From Spirochaetota bacterium (lineage in GTDB: Bacteria > Spirochaetota > JAHITG01 > JAFGFC01): a stretch of DNA of 64,000 nucleotides. Each line of letters opens with the position of its first letter. The first letter of the stretch is position 1. Location of the stretch: positions 11,379-75,378 of the forward strand of contig JAFGFC010000071.1 of assembly GCA_016931325.1 (NCBI GenBank), in the 5' to 3' direction. The notes beneath the pieces are model-generated. The model did no database searches. It was not told the origin of the DNA and saw only the letters and a program-made list of their open reading frames with translations. Below, piece by piece: positions 9,844 through 19,902 of the stretch. The position numbers were made by a program, and so were the translations under genes.

Positions 9844-10786
9844 AAAGATCCTGAAAGATTTTCATTCCACACTTGAAGAAGTTTCTTATTATTGCTCAAA
9901 GACCAACAAGATCTACAAAGCCTTTGGACTGTCCGTGATCAATTCCACGGCCATGGACAGGATCAAAGGGATGTGCGATGAGATACAGGGCAGGCTGAAG
10001 AAGGATTTCATCTTAAAAATCAAGATCGATAAAAATTACTATCATGATCTGAGAAATTTTATATTTACGGATATATCATTATTTATTAAACAATTTAATA
10101 ATTTTTTTAATAATATACTGATCCGTTTTAAAAAAAATTATTTTAGTAAAGAAGAATGGAAGACCGGTAATCCTCTCACACTTCTGGGCGCTACTTTTAC
10201 TTTTTTAAATATGCAATTTAAAAGTCTAAGCAATATTGTTAATCGTTTCTTTAATGTGGGTCTGAAGGAACATTACGAGCTCGAGGTCATTGATGATACA
10301 GATAAAATATGGGATACTAAAGATATGAAATTTGCCGAGTTCCCGAGCGATATCAATAAAATAAAAGTCTACGCCAGGAATATTATGGATACCTGTAGTT
10401 CAGACGAAATAAAAGAGAATGTGATACTGCAACTTCAGATCAGCGAATTTATCAAAAATGCCATCCGTCATGGCAATAAACTTGATCCTAATAAAAAGGT
10501 CAAAGTATGGCATAATATTAACAATGATTTTGTCAAATTGATCGTGCAGGATGAAGGTGAAGGATTTAAACAATTAGAAGAATGGAACGAATTTAATAAA
10601 CTGCGAAATAAATTTATACAGGAACAGGATTTAACAAATGTTCTCCTCTTTGCCGCCTATAAAACAACCGATAGCCAGGACAATGATGGCGGTAATTTTT
10701 TATTTTCAGCTTTGGAATATTGGGATAGCGGAGTTATTTTTAATCAAAAAAGAAACAAGATCGTCGTCATAAAATATTTCTATTGA
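9809..10786 (+). CDS. GHKL-type ATPase, RsbW/SpoIIAB-like anti-sigma-factor kinase family, with a ~130-aa N-terminal extension; paralog of 11109..11714
   Basis: N-box ISEFIKNAIRHGN; G1 box QDEGEGF; DGGNFLFSALEYWDSGVIFNQKRNKIVVIKYF. About 190 aa align with the convergent gene at 11109..11714. Confidence 0.5.
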   Translation: MNIKDSEIQKTKKILKDFHSTLEEVSYYCSKTNKIYKAFGLSVINSTAMDRIKGMCDEIQGRLKKDFILKIKIDKNYYHDLRNFIFTDISLFIKQFNNFFNNILIRFKKNYFSKEEWKTGNPLTLLGATFTFLNMQFKSLSNIVNRFFNVGLKEHYELEVIDDTDKIWDTKDMKFAEFPSDINKIKVYARNIMDTCSSDEIKENVILQLQISEFIKNAIRHGNKLDPNKKVKVWHNINNDFVKLIVQDEGEGFKQLEEWNEFNKLRNKFIQEQDLTNVLLFAAYKTTDSQDNDGGNFLFSALEYWDSGVIFNQKRNKIVVIKYFY

Positions 10787-10790
10787 ACGA

Positions 10791-11108
10791 TCAGACTTTT
10801 TTATAAAATTTAAAATATTGTCCGATCTTTGTAGCGGTAAACACTTCCAGAACATCTGAAGAAATAGACAGGATACCCAGTTCCCCGCCTTTTCCCTTTA
10901 AATCTTTCATGACATCCATCAGACATCCCAGACCGGAACTGTCAATATAATCGATCTTTTGAAAATCCACAATTATTTTTTTAAACCCCTGTTCGATACC
11001 GTTCTTTAATAATTTTTTTAATTCACCCACATTATTGATATCAATAGAAGTATTTTCTTCCTCGATCCTGACAATAAAAAGATGATCATTAATTTCTGCT
11101 TTAAACAT
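10791..11108 (-). CDS. STAS-domain anti-sigma-factor antagonist (SpoIIAA/RsbV-like)
   Basis: 105 aa. The DYIDSSGLGCL motif carries the conserved phosphorylatable Ser context of STAS antagonists. Confidence 0.7.
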   Translation of the reverse strand: MFKAEINDHLFIVRIEEENTSIDINNVGELKKLLKNGIEQGFKKIIVDFQKIDYIDSSGLGCLMDVMKDLKGKGGELGILSISSDVLEVFTATKIGQYFKFYKKV

Positions 11109-11714
11109 TTAATACTCCCCTTTTAATTCTTTATCAGTATAATATCTCAAGGCCACCACTTTGTTCTTTTTCTTATTATATATCATACCGCTATTCCAGA
11201 ATTCAATGGCAGCAAAAAGGGCATTACCGCCATCCAGCTCGCTGCTTTCCGAGGTTCTATAGGAAATAAATTTTAGCATTTCATCAAAATTATTTTCTAA
11301 AAAATATTTCGTCCTTTTTTCATTAAACTCATTCCACTGTTCCAGGGTTGTAAATCCTTCCCCTTGATCCTCAACAATGATGCGGGCGAACCTTTCCTTC
11401 GGTTTAAATTCCCACCAGGCCCTCACAACCTTACTTTCATCTTTCCTGTTCCCGTGTATAACAGCGTTCTTTATTAACTCTGATATCTGTTGTTCCAATA
11501 GATTCCCCATTTTAAATTCATTGGGAGCCTCAAAGGCAATAATCGTTGCATAGTTTCTGATCTGTCTATATCGACTGGGAAATTCCCGAAATCTCATTCC
11601 TTCCGTAGTAAAATAAGGGCTATATTCATTCACTTCTAATCTTCTGATCTTGGCCATAATGAATCCTGCAAAATACTCGTTAGACAGTTTAATCAATTCC
11701 CACTGGAATGTCAA
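11109..11714 (-). CDS. RsbW/SpoIIAB-like GHKL serine-protein kinase (anti-sigma regulatory factor)
   Basis: ISELIKNAVIHGN, EDQGEGF, DGGNALFAAIEFWNSGMIYNKKKNKVVALRYY. Sits immediately upstream of, and is co-directional with, the STAS gene. Confidence 0.6.
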   Translation of the reverse strand: MTFQWELIKLSNEYFAGFIMAKIRRLEVNEYSPYFTTEGMRFREFPSRYRQIRNYATIIAFEAPNEFKMGNLLEQQISELIKNAVIHGNRKDESKVVRAWWEFKPKERFARIIVEDQGEGFTTLEQWNEFNEKRTKYFLENNFDEMLKFISYRTSESSELDGGNALFAAIEFWNSGMIYNKKKNKVVALRYYTDKELKGEY

Positions 11715-11782
11715 GGATTTTATATTTGCTTTTTTAATTTCAAAGAGTATAATAGATAAAATTTTCTATATGGAGGTAACTA

Positions 11783-12084
11783 TGCCTGTTATGGACATAA
11801 GCCTTTTCCCTATCGGCACAAAATCAACATCCCTCAGTCCTTTTATTGCAGAATCGATCCGGTTTTTAAATAAAACGAAAAATGTGAAATACTCCTTGAC
11901 TCCCATGGGGACGATCATTGAAAGTTCTTCAGTAGACAAACTTTTAAAAATAGCCGGTGAAATGCACAAGAACATGCTGAAAAAAACAAACCGTGTCCTT
12001 ACCCATATCAAAATTGATGATAGAAAGGACAAGAAAATCACCATGGAATCAAAAATCAGATCAGTGGCAGAAAAGATCAAATAA
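11783..12084 (+). CDS. MTH1187/YkoF-family (DUF77) small protein; start trimmed to the ATG after GGAGG
   Basis: MPVMDISLFPIGTKSTSLSPFIAESIRFLNK...YSLTPMGTIIE has the family pattern. A GGAGGT RBS lies 6 nt upstream of the ATG at 11783. Confidence 0.55.
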
Positions 12085-12150
12085 AGTTATACTTGATTTA
12101 TAAATTTAAAATGTTATATATATCTGTAATTACAGATTGCCGATTGAAAA

Positions 12151-12981
12151 ATGAAACATATAAAAATAGTCACAGGGATTTTTTTATTTTTTTCTTATTC
12201 TTTATTCCTGCCAGCTCAATCTGTTGATGAGGATTATCCCTATATACCAACAGAAGAAACGAATAAACCCTTTATCATTCAAACCAATAAATCGATTTCC
12301 AAAGAAGAAAAATCCACTCTCAAAGTGAATGTCGGTTTTTTTTATCTGTTTTCCTCTGGCGGATTCAATCAACCTTATTCGGCTGACGTTCAGGGAGAAG
12401 AGATATACTATCGTATGCCGGTTAACAGTTTTAATGACTCACTTTATATCAGTATCGGCTTTGACTGGGATTTTTTAAAACAGTACAGGTCCAGACTGGG
12501 ATGGTCTTTGGAGTTGAACTTTGGCGGAAGTGGTGATTCTGAAGGGTCAGCTGACAAGATAGAATCTTCTACTGATCTGGGACTGGCCAAAGGAGGCGAA
12601 TTATATGCTAATTTTGCCGCTCACAGGATCACAGCCTATCTTAATATTTTCTCTTATCCTTATAAATTAAGCCTGCTCCATTTTTATACAGGATTAGGAG
12701 CCGGCCTGGGAATCGGGTGGTTCACCTATAATGAACTTGTGGAACAGGAGATCTCTGAATACGAACAGAATTTCAGGGCTACCTTTGTCAAACTGATACC
12801 CGGTTTCAAGATCTTTGCCGGATTTATCCTTGATTACAGCCTGTTTGATCTGTTTGAACCTTTCTTCCTGGAAATGGCCTATAAAATATCTCCCACCCCG
12901 AAGATGAAGCATGAGGATTTTGGGACGAGGATAGAATTTCAGACATCGGGATTTATGCTGGGTCTTGGCTTCCGTTATTAA
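12151..12981 (+). CDS. Hypothetical outer-membrane beta-barrel-like protein
   Basis: Signal peptide. Alternating amphipathic segments. C-terminal GFMLGLGFRY ends in an aromatic residue, as is typical of OMPs. Confidence 0.35.
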   Translation: MKHIKIVTGIFLFFSYSLFLPAQSVDEDYPYIPTEETNKPFIIQTNKSISKEEKSTLKVNVGFFYLFSSGGFNQPYSADVQGEEIYYRMPVNSFNDSLYISIGFDWDFLKQYRSRLGWSLELNFGGSGDSEGSADKIESSTDLGLAKGGELYANFAAHRITAYLNIFSYPYKLSLLHFYTGLGAGLGIGWFTYNELVEQEISEYEQNFRATFVKLIPGFKIFAGFILDYSLFDLFEPFFLEMAYKISPTPKMKHEDFGTRIEFQTSGFMLGLGFRY

Positions 12982-13017
12982 CGGGCTGTTGCCCCAATCA
13001 AAATTTTTACATATTAT

Positions 13018-13482
13018 CTATTTGGGCAACAGGCCGTTAAAAAAAAGGGCCATGACCACACCGTCTTCATTATTATTTTTATAATATTTATTCCTTATCA
13101 TAATAGGTTTAAAATTGAATTTTTTATACAGGCTTATGGCTTTCGCATTCGATACCCTTACTTCTAAAAAGATTGACTTTATTTTTAACTTTTTTAATTT
13201 CTTGAATATATATGATAAAAGTTCTTGGCCAAAACCCTGGCTTTGATATTCCATGTCAACAGCAAAATTAACAATATGGGCTTCGGGTATGATAACGTGC
13301 AGGACAATATATCCGATCAGTTTCCTTTTCAGGAAAATCCCGTAAGCGTAACCTGATTTTGACCTTATGCATGTTTGGAAGCTGTTCGATGTCCAGGTGG
13401 AGTGTGGAAATACTGAATATTCTATCTTTAAGATATCCGGCACATCACTTTCAATTAAGGCACGAACCCTGGTAGAGGTCAT
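13018..13482 (-). CDS. rimI: GNAT family N-acetyltransferase (RimI-like)
   Basis: Acetyl-CoA binding motif QSQGFGQELL. About 150 aa. Confidence 0.65.
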   Translation of the reverse strand: MTSTRVRALIESDVPDILKIEYSVFPHSTWTSNSFQTCIRSKSGYAYGIFLKRKLIGYIVLHVIIPEAHIVNFAVDMEYQSQGFGQELLSYIFKKLKKLKIKSIFLEVRVSNAKAISLYKKFNFKPIMIRNKYYKNNNEDGVVMALFFNGLLPK

Positions 13483-13500
13483 AAACTGATTATATCAAGT

Positions 13501-14223
13501 TTGAATAAAATGGCAAATAAAAAAGAATATATCATTATCATCCCTATCTATAATGAGGAACAGCATATCCTTACTGTCTGCCAGAAGATGAAAAAGATCA
13601 TCGATAAAAAAGTTATGGATATTCTGGTCATTAATGACGGTTCAACAGATAAAACACTTACCATCTTGAAAGGCATAAAAAATATCAATATATTATCTCA
13701 TAAGGTCAATCTGGGGTATGGGCAGTCTCTGATTAATGGTTTTCATTACGCTATAAAACGGAATTATAGATATATTATTACCATGGATTGTGACTGGCAG
13801 CATGACCCGGATCAGATCATGCATTTTGCTCAAGCGATCAGAGGTCATTGGGACATCATATCAGGAAGCCGTTATTTAACATTGTCTCCGGCTAAAAAAA
13901 AAGATGTTCCTCAAGATCGTTTTACAATTAATAAAAAAATAACTCGAAAGATAAATAAAATAACAGGCTTTCATCTTACAGATTCTTTTTGTGGATTCAA
14001 AGCCTACAAGGTCAATATATTGAAAAAGCTGGAACTGACAGAACCCGGCTATGGCATGCCTATCCAGTTATGGCTTGAAGCCGGCAAACACAATCTGAAA
14101 GTGAGAGAGATCCCTGTGGATCTGATCTATCTCGATTATTCCCGTAACTTTCATAATCGATTCACTCATGCCAAAGAACGATATAAATATTATCTTAGGA
14201 TACTCAAAGGAGGTAAGGAATAA
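13501..14223 (+). CDS. Family 2 glycosyltransferase, dolichyl/polyprenyl-phosphate sugar transferase (DPM1)-like
   Basis: IIIPIYNEEQHI...VINDGSTDKT shows the GT-A DxD-type signature. Confidence 0.75.
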   Translation: MNKMANKKEYIIIIPIYNEEQHILTVCQKMKKIIDKKVMDILVINDGSTDKTLTILKGIKNINILSHKVNLGYGQSLINGFHYAIKRNYRYIITMDCDWQHDPDQIMHFAQAIRGHWDIISGSRYLTLSPAKKKDVPQDRFTINKKITRKINKITGFHLTDSFCGFKAYKVNILKKLELTEPGYGMPIQLWLEAGKHNLKVREIPVDLIYLDYSRNFHNRFTHAKERYKYYLRILKGGKE

Positions 14224-14900
14224 TGAATATCATGATAATGGCCCCCCACCCTGATGATGCCGAATTGGCTATTGGCGGGACGATCGTCTCTCTTACTAAA
14301 AATAATAATATTTTTCTACTGGATATGACAAATGGTGAACCCACACCCCATGGCAGTATTGAAACAAGACTCAATGAAGCCAAAAAAGCAGCCAACATCC
14401 TGAATATAAAAAAAAGGATCACCCTTGATCTTCCGAATCGATATCTTCAGGACACGATAGAATACAGACAAGCCATCGCTGAAAAAATAAGAGAGTACAA
14501 ACCTGAAATATTGTTGATCCCTTATAAAATAGACGCTCATCCTGATCATATCGCTTCACATTATCTGGGATTGGCTTCGCGTTTTTATTCAAAATTTACT
14601 AAATCCAAAATGAAAGGAGAACCCTTTTACCCCTCGAAACTTTTTTTTTATTTTCCGAGCCACATGAGGATCAATATACATCCTACGTTTATTTATCCCG
14701 TCACGGAAAAAGAATTCCAGAAGAAGAGGCAGGCTATCAGAGCTTATCGGTCTCAATTCTTTTATGGGAAGAACAAACAGATCCCTGAGTTTATCGATAT
14801 TATCGGAAAATATTGGGGAAAGCTGATCTCATCTGATTACGGAGAGCCTTTTTATACGCCGGAGGTGATCGGCATAAAGGATATGGGTTGTATTGTATAA
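14223..14900 (+). CDS. PIG-L/LmbE-family N-acetylglucosaminyl deacetylase (BshB/MshB-like)
   Basis: MAPHPDDAELAIGGTI (HPDD motif) and HPDHIASH. The start overlaps the upstream stop (TAATG). A strong AGGAGGT RBS is present. Confidence 0.8.
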   Translation: MNIMIMAPHPDDAELAIGGTIVSLTKNNNIFLLDMTNGEPTPHGSIETRLNEAKKAANILNIKKRITLDLPNRYLQDTIEYRQAIAEKIREYKPEILLIPYKIDAHPDHIASHYLGLASRFYSKFTKSKMKGEPFYPSKLFFYFPSHMRINIHPTFIYPVTEKEFQKKRQAIRAYRSQFFYGKNKQIPEFIDIIGKYWGKLISSDYGEPFYTPEVIGIKDMGCIV

Positions 14901-16354
14901 AAATGGAAAGGGAACCGATTAAAAAAACCATTATTCAAAATCATCAGACCCGGAAAGAATTCTTCACACATCAAAAGACATGGGAAAAGATAAGAAAGCA
15001 ATTTTTCAAGGATTTGAAACTCGACCGGTTCGGCGCCGATGTTATAATCATCGCGACAGGTCATCAACCGCTTTTTTATTATCCCGGTATTATCTTTAAA
15101 AATTACTATACGCATAAAATTGCCGGTATGGCAAAAGGCATCCCGGTCAATTTTATCGTGGATACAGATGAAGCCATTGTTCAAATCGTTATACCCGGTA
15201 AAAATGAAAATATATTTTTCAAAAAATTAATGGAGCTGAAAAATCCCGATAAAAAAGCCTATTTTCATTTTAAACCTTCTCAAGAAGAGGTAAAACATTT
15301 TTTTATCCGTATTGAAAAAGAGATAAAAGGCCTTGATGATACCCGGACCAACAAGGCCTTCAGGGATTATTTTAAATCTTTCTTGGAACTTTTTAGTAAC
15401 AATCATGATTTTGTTGAGACAATCTCCTTTTTAAGAAGGCAATGGGAAAAATCCCTTCAATTTCCAGTTCTGGATATCAGAATATCCCGTCTATCCGATT
15501 CTATCGCCTTTGCCCAATTTATCTGGGAACTTGTAAAGGATATTGATCGCTTTACAGAAATATATAATGATGCAGTCCAAAAAGTGAAGAAAAACGAATA
15601 TCAGGCGGTAAAGTATCTGACCCGGGAGAATAATACCTTTGAACTCCCGTTCTGGTATATAGGAAAATCGCGTGAAGAGGTATTTTTAAAAAAGGAAATT
15701 GATCAGCTTTTAATCTTTACCCCCCTGGAAAACCTATTGACTCTATCCATGAAAGAGAACGATAATGTATCAATCCAGAAATTAAAAAGAATAAAACTTG
15801 TCCCTAAAGCTGTCACCCTTACCCTGATCTTACGCCTCTTCTTTGCTGATCTTTTTATTCACGGAACAGGAGGGCAGTTTTATGACAGGGTCACAGATGA
15901 GATCCTGATGAGATTCTATCATCTGAACACCTTGCCCTTTGCGATGGCCACAGGAAACATATATCTGCCTCTTTTTGAGGCCATGATGACACGAGAGAAA
16001 GAATATCGGGAAAAAAAAGATTTTTTAAAAGAATTGAAATATCATCCTGAAAAATATCTGACTGAAGATAAATCCAAAAAATATATATCCGAAAGAAAAG
16101 CATTAGCCAGACTTTTATCCTGTCAAAGCGATCCTGTACAAAGGAAATCAATACATGACAAACTGACCCGGCTTGGGGAACAGGCTACGCAAAGCCTCAA
16201 GGACAGGATCACTGACACAAAAAAGGAGATATCCCGGGCGGAAAATATTATAAAATTCAAAGATGTGTTCGCTGAGAGAAAGTACCCTTATTTCCTTTTT
16301 CCGGGATCATTTCCTTTTATTCAATATCTTGACAGAGGAAAATTGATTGTGTAA
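14888..16354 (+). CDS. BshC-like (DUF2317) putative cysteine-adding enzyme
   Basis: IIIATGHQPLFYYPG...THKIAGMAKGIPVNFIVDTDEA aligns with the B. subtilis BshC segment VVVAGQQAGLLTGPLYTIHK...GVPVIPVFWVAGEDHD as recalled from memory. Confidence 0.4.
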   Translation: MYCIKMEREPIKKTIIQNHQTRKEFFTHQKTWEKIRKQFFKDLKLDRFGADVIIIATGHQPLFYYPGIIFKNYYTHKIAGMAKGIPVNFIVDTDEAIVQIVIPGKNENIFFKKLMELKNPDKKAYFHFKPSQEEVKHFFIRIEKEIKGLDDTRTNKAFRDYFKSFLELFSNNHDFVETISFLRRQWEKSLQFPVLDIRISRLSDSIAFAQFIWELVKDIDRFTEIYNDAVQKVKKNEYQAVKYLTRENNTFELPFWYIGKSREEVFLKKEIDQLLIFTPLENLLTLSMKENDNVSIQKLKRIKLVPKAVTLTLILRLFFADLFIHGTGGQFYDRVTDEILMRFYHLNTLPFAMATGNIYLPLFEAMMTREKEYREKKDFLKELKYHPEKYLTEDKSKKYISERKALARLLSCQSDPVQRKSIHDKLTRLGEQATQSLKDRITDTKKEISRAENIIKFKDVFAERKYPYFLFPGSFPFIQYLDRGKLIV

Positions 16355-16385
16355 ATTGTAATATGACAAGGACAACAGGTTAAAA

Positions 16386-18035
16386 ATGAAAAACAAAGAA
16401 TTTTTAAGATCAAAAAGAAAGCATATCGCCCTTATTACCAATCATGGTTATGCCGGACCGAAACTACCACTGGGAGGAGCTCCCGATACAGGAGGCCAGA
16501 ATTTCTATGTCAATTCTCTGGCTGAAAGCATGGAGGAATTAGGTTATAAAGTTACAATATATGCCCGGGGGGGATTTCATTTTTTTAACTCCCAAAGGAT
16601 GAGAAAAGGCGAAGAATTCCTTTCTGACCATATACGCTATGTCTATATCCCCGGCGGAGGGAAAGAATTCATTCCCAAGGAAAAGATAGGATCGGTTTTG
16701 GATGAACAGACAGATTATCTTTACGATCATTTAAATAAAGAATCCGCCCTGTTGAAATGCAAACCCTATGACATGTTTTTATTCATCAACTCACATTATT
16801 GGGACGGGGCTATGCTTGCCGTCAAACTGATCGAAAGATGGCAGAATGACCTTTTATTTGATATTTTAGAAAAAAACAAATTTCATCCAAAGATCTTTTC
16901 ATATTATTACAGGAACAGGCACAGACTGTCCATAGCTCACGCCCCTGAAGCCTTTGCGGGAAGAATGCTTTTACAACTTTATCCTGATGATATAATCGAT
17001 TATAATGATCTAAAGATCGACAGCATCTATAACCTGAAATCATTTATTAAACAGAGTCAGAAAATCCCCCCTCATCTGAAAAATACATTTCTGGTGAACA
17101 AGATCGGATTATGGTATCTTCGCTCCAGTAATTATAAAAAAATATTACAATCAATCAATCGACATATTTGGACACCCCATTCAGTGGGTGAAATCAAGAT
17201 GAAAAACTACTGGGAAAAAGATCATGAATCAAAAAGAGAATTAAAATTCCTTGAAAGGATCGACCATGAATATTATATTGGCCATAAAACACCTTTTGTA
17301 GCCGCCACATCAGAAGAGATCGTCAAAAGCCTGGCCGACTTTTATGGCTATCCTCTCGAAAAGATCATGTTCTTCCCGCCCTGTATCGATGAAAAAAAGT
17401 TCAAGAAACGTACTAAAGAAGAATGTGAATTTATCTATCCTTATCTGGCCAGAGTGACAAGAATGAGACAAGTGAAGCTGTTGACGAAAAGGATTGTATT
17501 TGAAACCAGCCGCATGGATGAAACAAAAAGAAAGGATATCCTGATAAAGGCTTTCAGAAAGGTCATTAAAAAGGTCCCGGAAGCTATTTTGATCATCGGC
17601 GGGGGCCCAAAAAACCATGTTTTTCAAAAACTGGAAAGACTTATCAGAAGGTGGAATCTGACCAGATCAGTCTTTTTAACAGGATTTATCCCTCAAAAAG
17701 AAATGGAAGAGCTTTTCAGTATAGCTGACATTTTTGCAACAGCCTCTGAAATGGAAGGTTTTGGTATGACGGCTTTACAGGCAGCCGCCTGTTCAACTCC
17801 TATCATCAGTTCTAATCTGGTCCCCTTTTGTGTCTACTATTTAAAAGAAGATTGCCTTATTGTTAAAGAAGGGGATGCGGCTGGTTTTGCCCGGGAGATA
17901 ATCAGACTTTTAACTGATCCCTTCCTGTCAAAACAACTGGCAGAAAATTCTTACAGATCAGTCAACCAGTTTAACTGGAAAGAGAAAACCAAAGATATGA
18001 TCCTCTTTATGCAAAAACATCTTTCATCCGGTTAA
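16386..18035 (+). CDS. Family 4 glycosyltransferase, sucrose-phosphate-synthase-like (possible BshA/MshA analog)
   Basis: N-terminal [25 protein letters not shown] (the DTGGQ motif of SPS-like GT4). C-terminal [22 protein letters not shown] (GT-B EX7E region). Confidence 0.75.
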   Translation: MKNKEFLRSKRKHIALITNHGYAGPKLPLGGAPDTGGQNFYVNSLAESMEELGYKVTIYARGGFHFFNSQRMRKGEEFLSDHIRYVYIPGGGKEFIPKEKIGSVLDEQTDYLYDHLNKESALLKCKPYDMFLFINSHYWDGAMLAVKLIERWQNDLLFDILEKNKFHPKIFSYYYRNRHRLSIAHAPEAFAGRMLLQLYPDDIIDYNDLKIDSIYNLKSFIKQSQKIPPHLKNTFLVNKIGLWYLRSSNYKKILQSINRHIWTPHSVGEIKMKNYWEKDHESKRELKFLERIDHEYYIGHKTPFVAATSEEIVKSLADFYGYPLEKIMFFPPCIDEKKFKKRTKEECEFIYPYLARVTRMRQVKLLTKRIVFETSRMDETKRKDILIKAFRKVIKKVPEAILIIGGGPKNHVFQKLERLIRRWNLTRSVFLTGFIPQKEMEELFSIADIFATASEMEGFGMTALQAAACSTPIISSNLVPFCVYYLKEDCLIVKEGDAAGFAREIIRLLTDPFLSKQLAENSYRSVNQFNWKEKTKDMILFMQKHLSSG

Positions 18036-19161
18036 TAAAACTTCGGGGCGACGGATTGCGATTACTATCCATGGTCTGGGCTATTTCTTTTAAAAGTTGT
18101 TTCTGTCTGTTATTTATCTTTTTAGGTATATCGACTACCACCCTGACCATCTGATCTCCCTGTCTATAACCGTGAATATCAGGAAATCCAAGACCTTTAA
18201 GCCTGAAGATCTTTCCGCTTTCTGTCCCGGGAGGTATTTTCACCTTTACCTTTTTATTCTCAATTGTAGGGACCTCTATCTCTGTCCCCATAACCGCCTG
18301 TGGATAGGTGATCGATACCTCACAGTATACGTCATTATCTTCCCGGTCAAAGAATTTATGATGTTTAACTTGAACCACGATATATAGATCACCCGGGGAA
18401 CCGCCGTTTTTTCCGGCTTCCCCTTCGCCAGCCATCTTCAATTTCATGCCATGATCCACCCCGGGCGGGATGTTCACGGTAATAGTTCGCTCCTTTTTCG
18501 CAAGCCCACTGCCCCGGCATGTCTTACAGGGATGAGCATTGACCTGCCCCGTCCCCCCACATTTATAACAGGTGCTTGAAATACTGAAAAAGCCATGGGA
18601 TTGCCTTACCTGACCACTCCCTCCACATACCGAACATGTCGTTGTTGAATAACCTTTCTCTACACCTGATCCCGAGCATGTCTCACATTTTTCGTTCCGG
18701 GGAACATGAATCCTGACTTCCCTGCCCTTCACACTATCATCAAAATCAATAGTCAGGTCATATCGCAGATCATTTCCCCTGAATCCTCTGGTTCTTCCTT
18801 TCCTGCGTCCGGAGCCAAAAATATCAAAACCAAAAAAATCCTCGAAAATACTCCCCCCAAATCCCAGATCCCCAAAAATACTTTCAAAATCAACATTTCT
18901 AAAAATATCTTCATAGGAATAACGACTGTCGATCCCGGCGTGACCGAACTTATCATATTGGGCTCTTTTTTTTTCATCGGAAAGAACAGCATACGCTTCG
19001 GAAATTTCCTTGAATTTTGTTTCAAATTCCTTTTTTTTATTTTCAGGGGCCCGATCAGGATGATACTGCATGGCTAATTTCCTAAAGGCCTTTTTGATCT
19101 CATCCTGACTCACGCTTTTATTTACTCCCAGGATGTCATAATAATCACGTTTTGTTGACAT
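18007..19161 (-). CDS. dnaJ: Molecular chaperone DnaJ (Hsp40)
   Basis: J domain [32 protein letters not shown] Gly/Phe-rich region. Four CxxCxGxG zinc-finger repeats. Confidence 0.9.
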   Translation of the reverse strand: MSTKRDYYDILGVNKSVSQDEIKKAFRKLAMQYHPDRAPENKKKEFETKFKEISEAYAVLSDEKKRAQYDKFGHAGIDSRYSYEDIFRNVDFESIFGDLGFGGSIFEDFFGFDIFGSGRRKGRTRGFRGNDLRYDLTIDFDDSVKGREVRIHVPRNEKCETCSGSGVEKGYSTTTCSVCGGSGQVRQSHGFFSISSTCYKCGGTGQVNAHPCKTCRGSGLAKKERTITVNIPPGVDHGMKLKMAGEGEAGKNGGSPGDLYIVVQVKHHKFFDREDNDVYCEVSITYPQAVMGTEIEVPTIENKKVKVKIPPGTESGKIFRLKGLGFPDIHGYRQGDQMVRVVVDIPKKINNRQKQLLKEIAQTMDSNRNPSPRSFINRMKDVFA

Positions 19162-19780
19162 TCTCTCCCCCTTCTTTTAAATCCACCTGAATACTCCCAT
19201 TCTTTGCTTTTTCTTCCTTTTCCTCTTTTTTTACTGCAGGCTTCCCTACCTTTACTTTGGCAGGTCGTATTACTTTGGCACCCAAACAATAACCTTTTTC
19301 TAAAACCTCCAGCACCTGCTCGCTATTACATGACTCTGACTCCTCCACCATCAAGGCATCATGATATTGAGGATCAAAATCCTGATTTAAGGCCTGGATC
19401 TCCTGAAGACCACAGGATTGAAAAAGGTCTTTCAATCTCTTTAATATCATCTCCATGCCCCGGACAAACGTAACCATATTTTCATCCTTATTATTATAAT
19501 GATCAGGAGAAAGACCTCGTTCAAAGGCATCCATTATGGGGAGCATATCCTGTATCAGCTTTTCATTGGCATTTTTTACGATCTCTTCATTTTCTTTCAA
19601 CACCCGTTTTTTATAGTTGTCAAATTCCGCCTTGATCCTCTGGAGAAGATGTTTATACTCCTGTGCTTCGTGTTTCTTTTCATCCAGTTGTTGTTTTAAA
19701 AGGTTGAATTCTTCTTTTATTTTCCCTTTTAAATCTTTTTTCTTTTTATGATCATAATCCTTGTCATGCTTCAGACTCAT
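19145..19780 (-). CDS. grpE: Nucleotide exchange factor GrpE; start trimmed to Met16, downstream of the predicted promoter
   Basis: Coiled-coil N-terminus and the GrpE C-terminal core (...DALMVEESE...[23 protein letters not shown]). A GAGGT RBS precedes the ATG at 19780. The tracked start at 19825 falls inside the promoter spacer. Confidence 0.85.
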   Translation of the reverse strand: MSLKHDKDYDHKKKKDLKGKIKEEFNLLKQQLDEKKHEAQEYKHLLQRIKAEFDNYKKRVLKENEEIVKNANEKLIQDMLPIMDAFERGLSPDHYNNKDENMVTFVRGMEMILKRLKDLFQSCGLQEIQALNQDFDPQYHDALMVEESESCNSEQVLEVLEKGYCLGAKVIRPAKVKVGKPAVKKEEKEEKAKNGSIQVDLKEGGENVNKT

Positions 19781-19814
19781 GAAAACCACTACCTCGCAAA
19801 AAATATGATATTCT

Positions 19815-19843
19815 CTATTTAACAACCATTTGGGGATATGTCA
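19815..19843 (-). promoter_or_regulatory. Sigma70-like promoter for grpE-dnaJ
   Basis: Minus strand reads TTGACA - 17 nt - TAAATA, with the -10 about 30 nt upstream of the grpE ATG. No CIRCE inverted repeat was seen. Confidence 0.45.
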
Positions 19844-19850
19844 AGATTTT

Positions 19851-19878
19851 ATTGACATATAATTTTAATTTAATATTA
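19851..19878 (+). promoter_or_regulatory. Sigma70-like promoter for argG, divergent from the grpE promoter
   Basis: TTGACA (19851-19856) - 16 nt - TATTAT (19873-19878). Confidence 0.4.
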
Positions 19879-19902
19879 TGCTATTTTAAACTACAGACTA
19901 AT

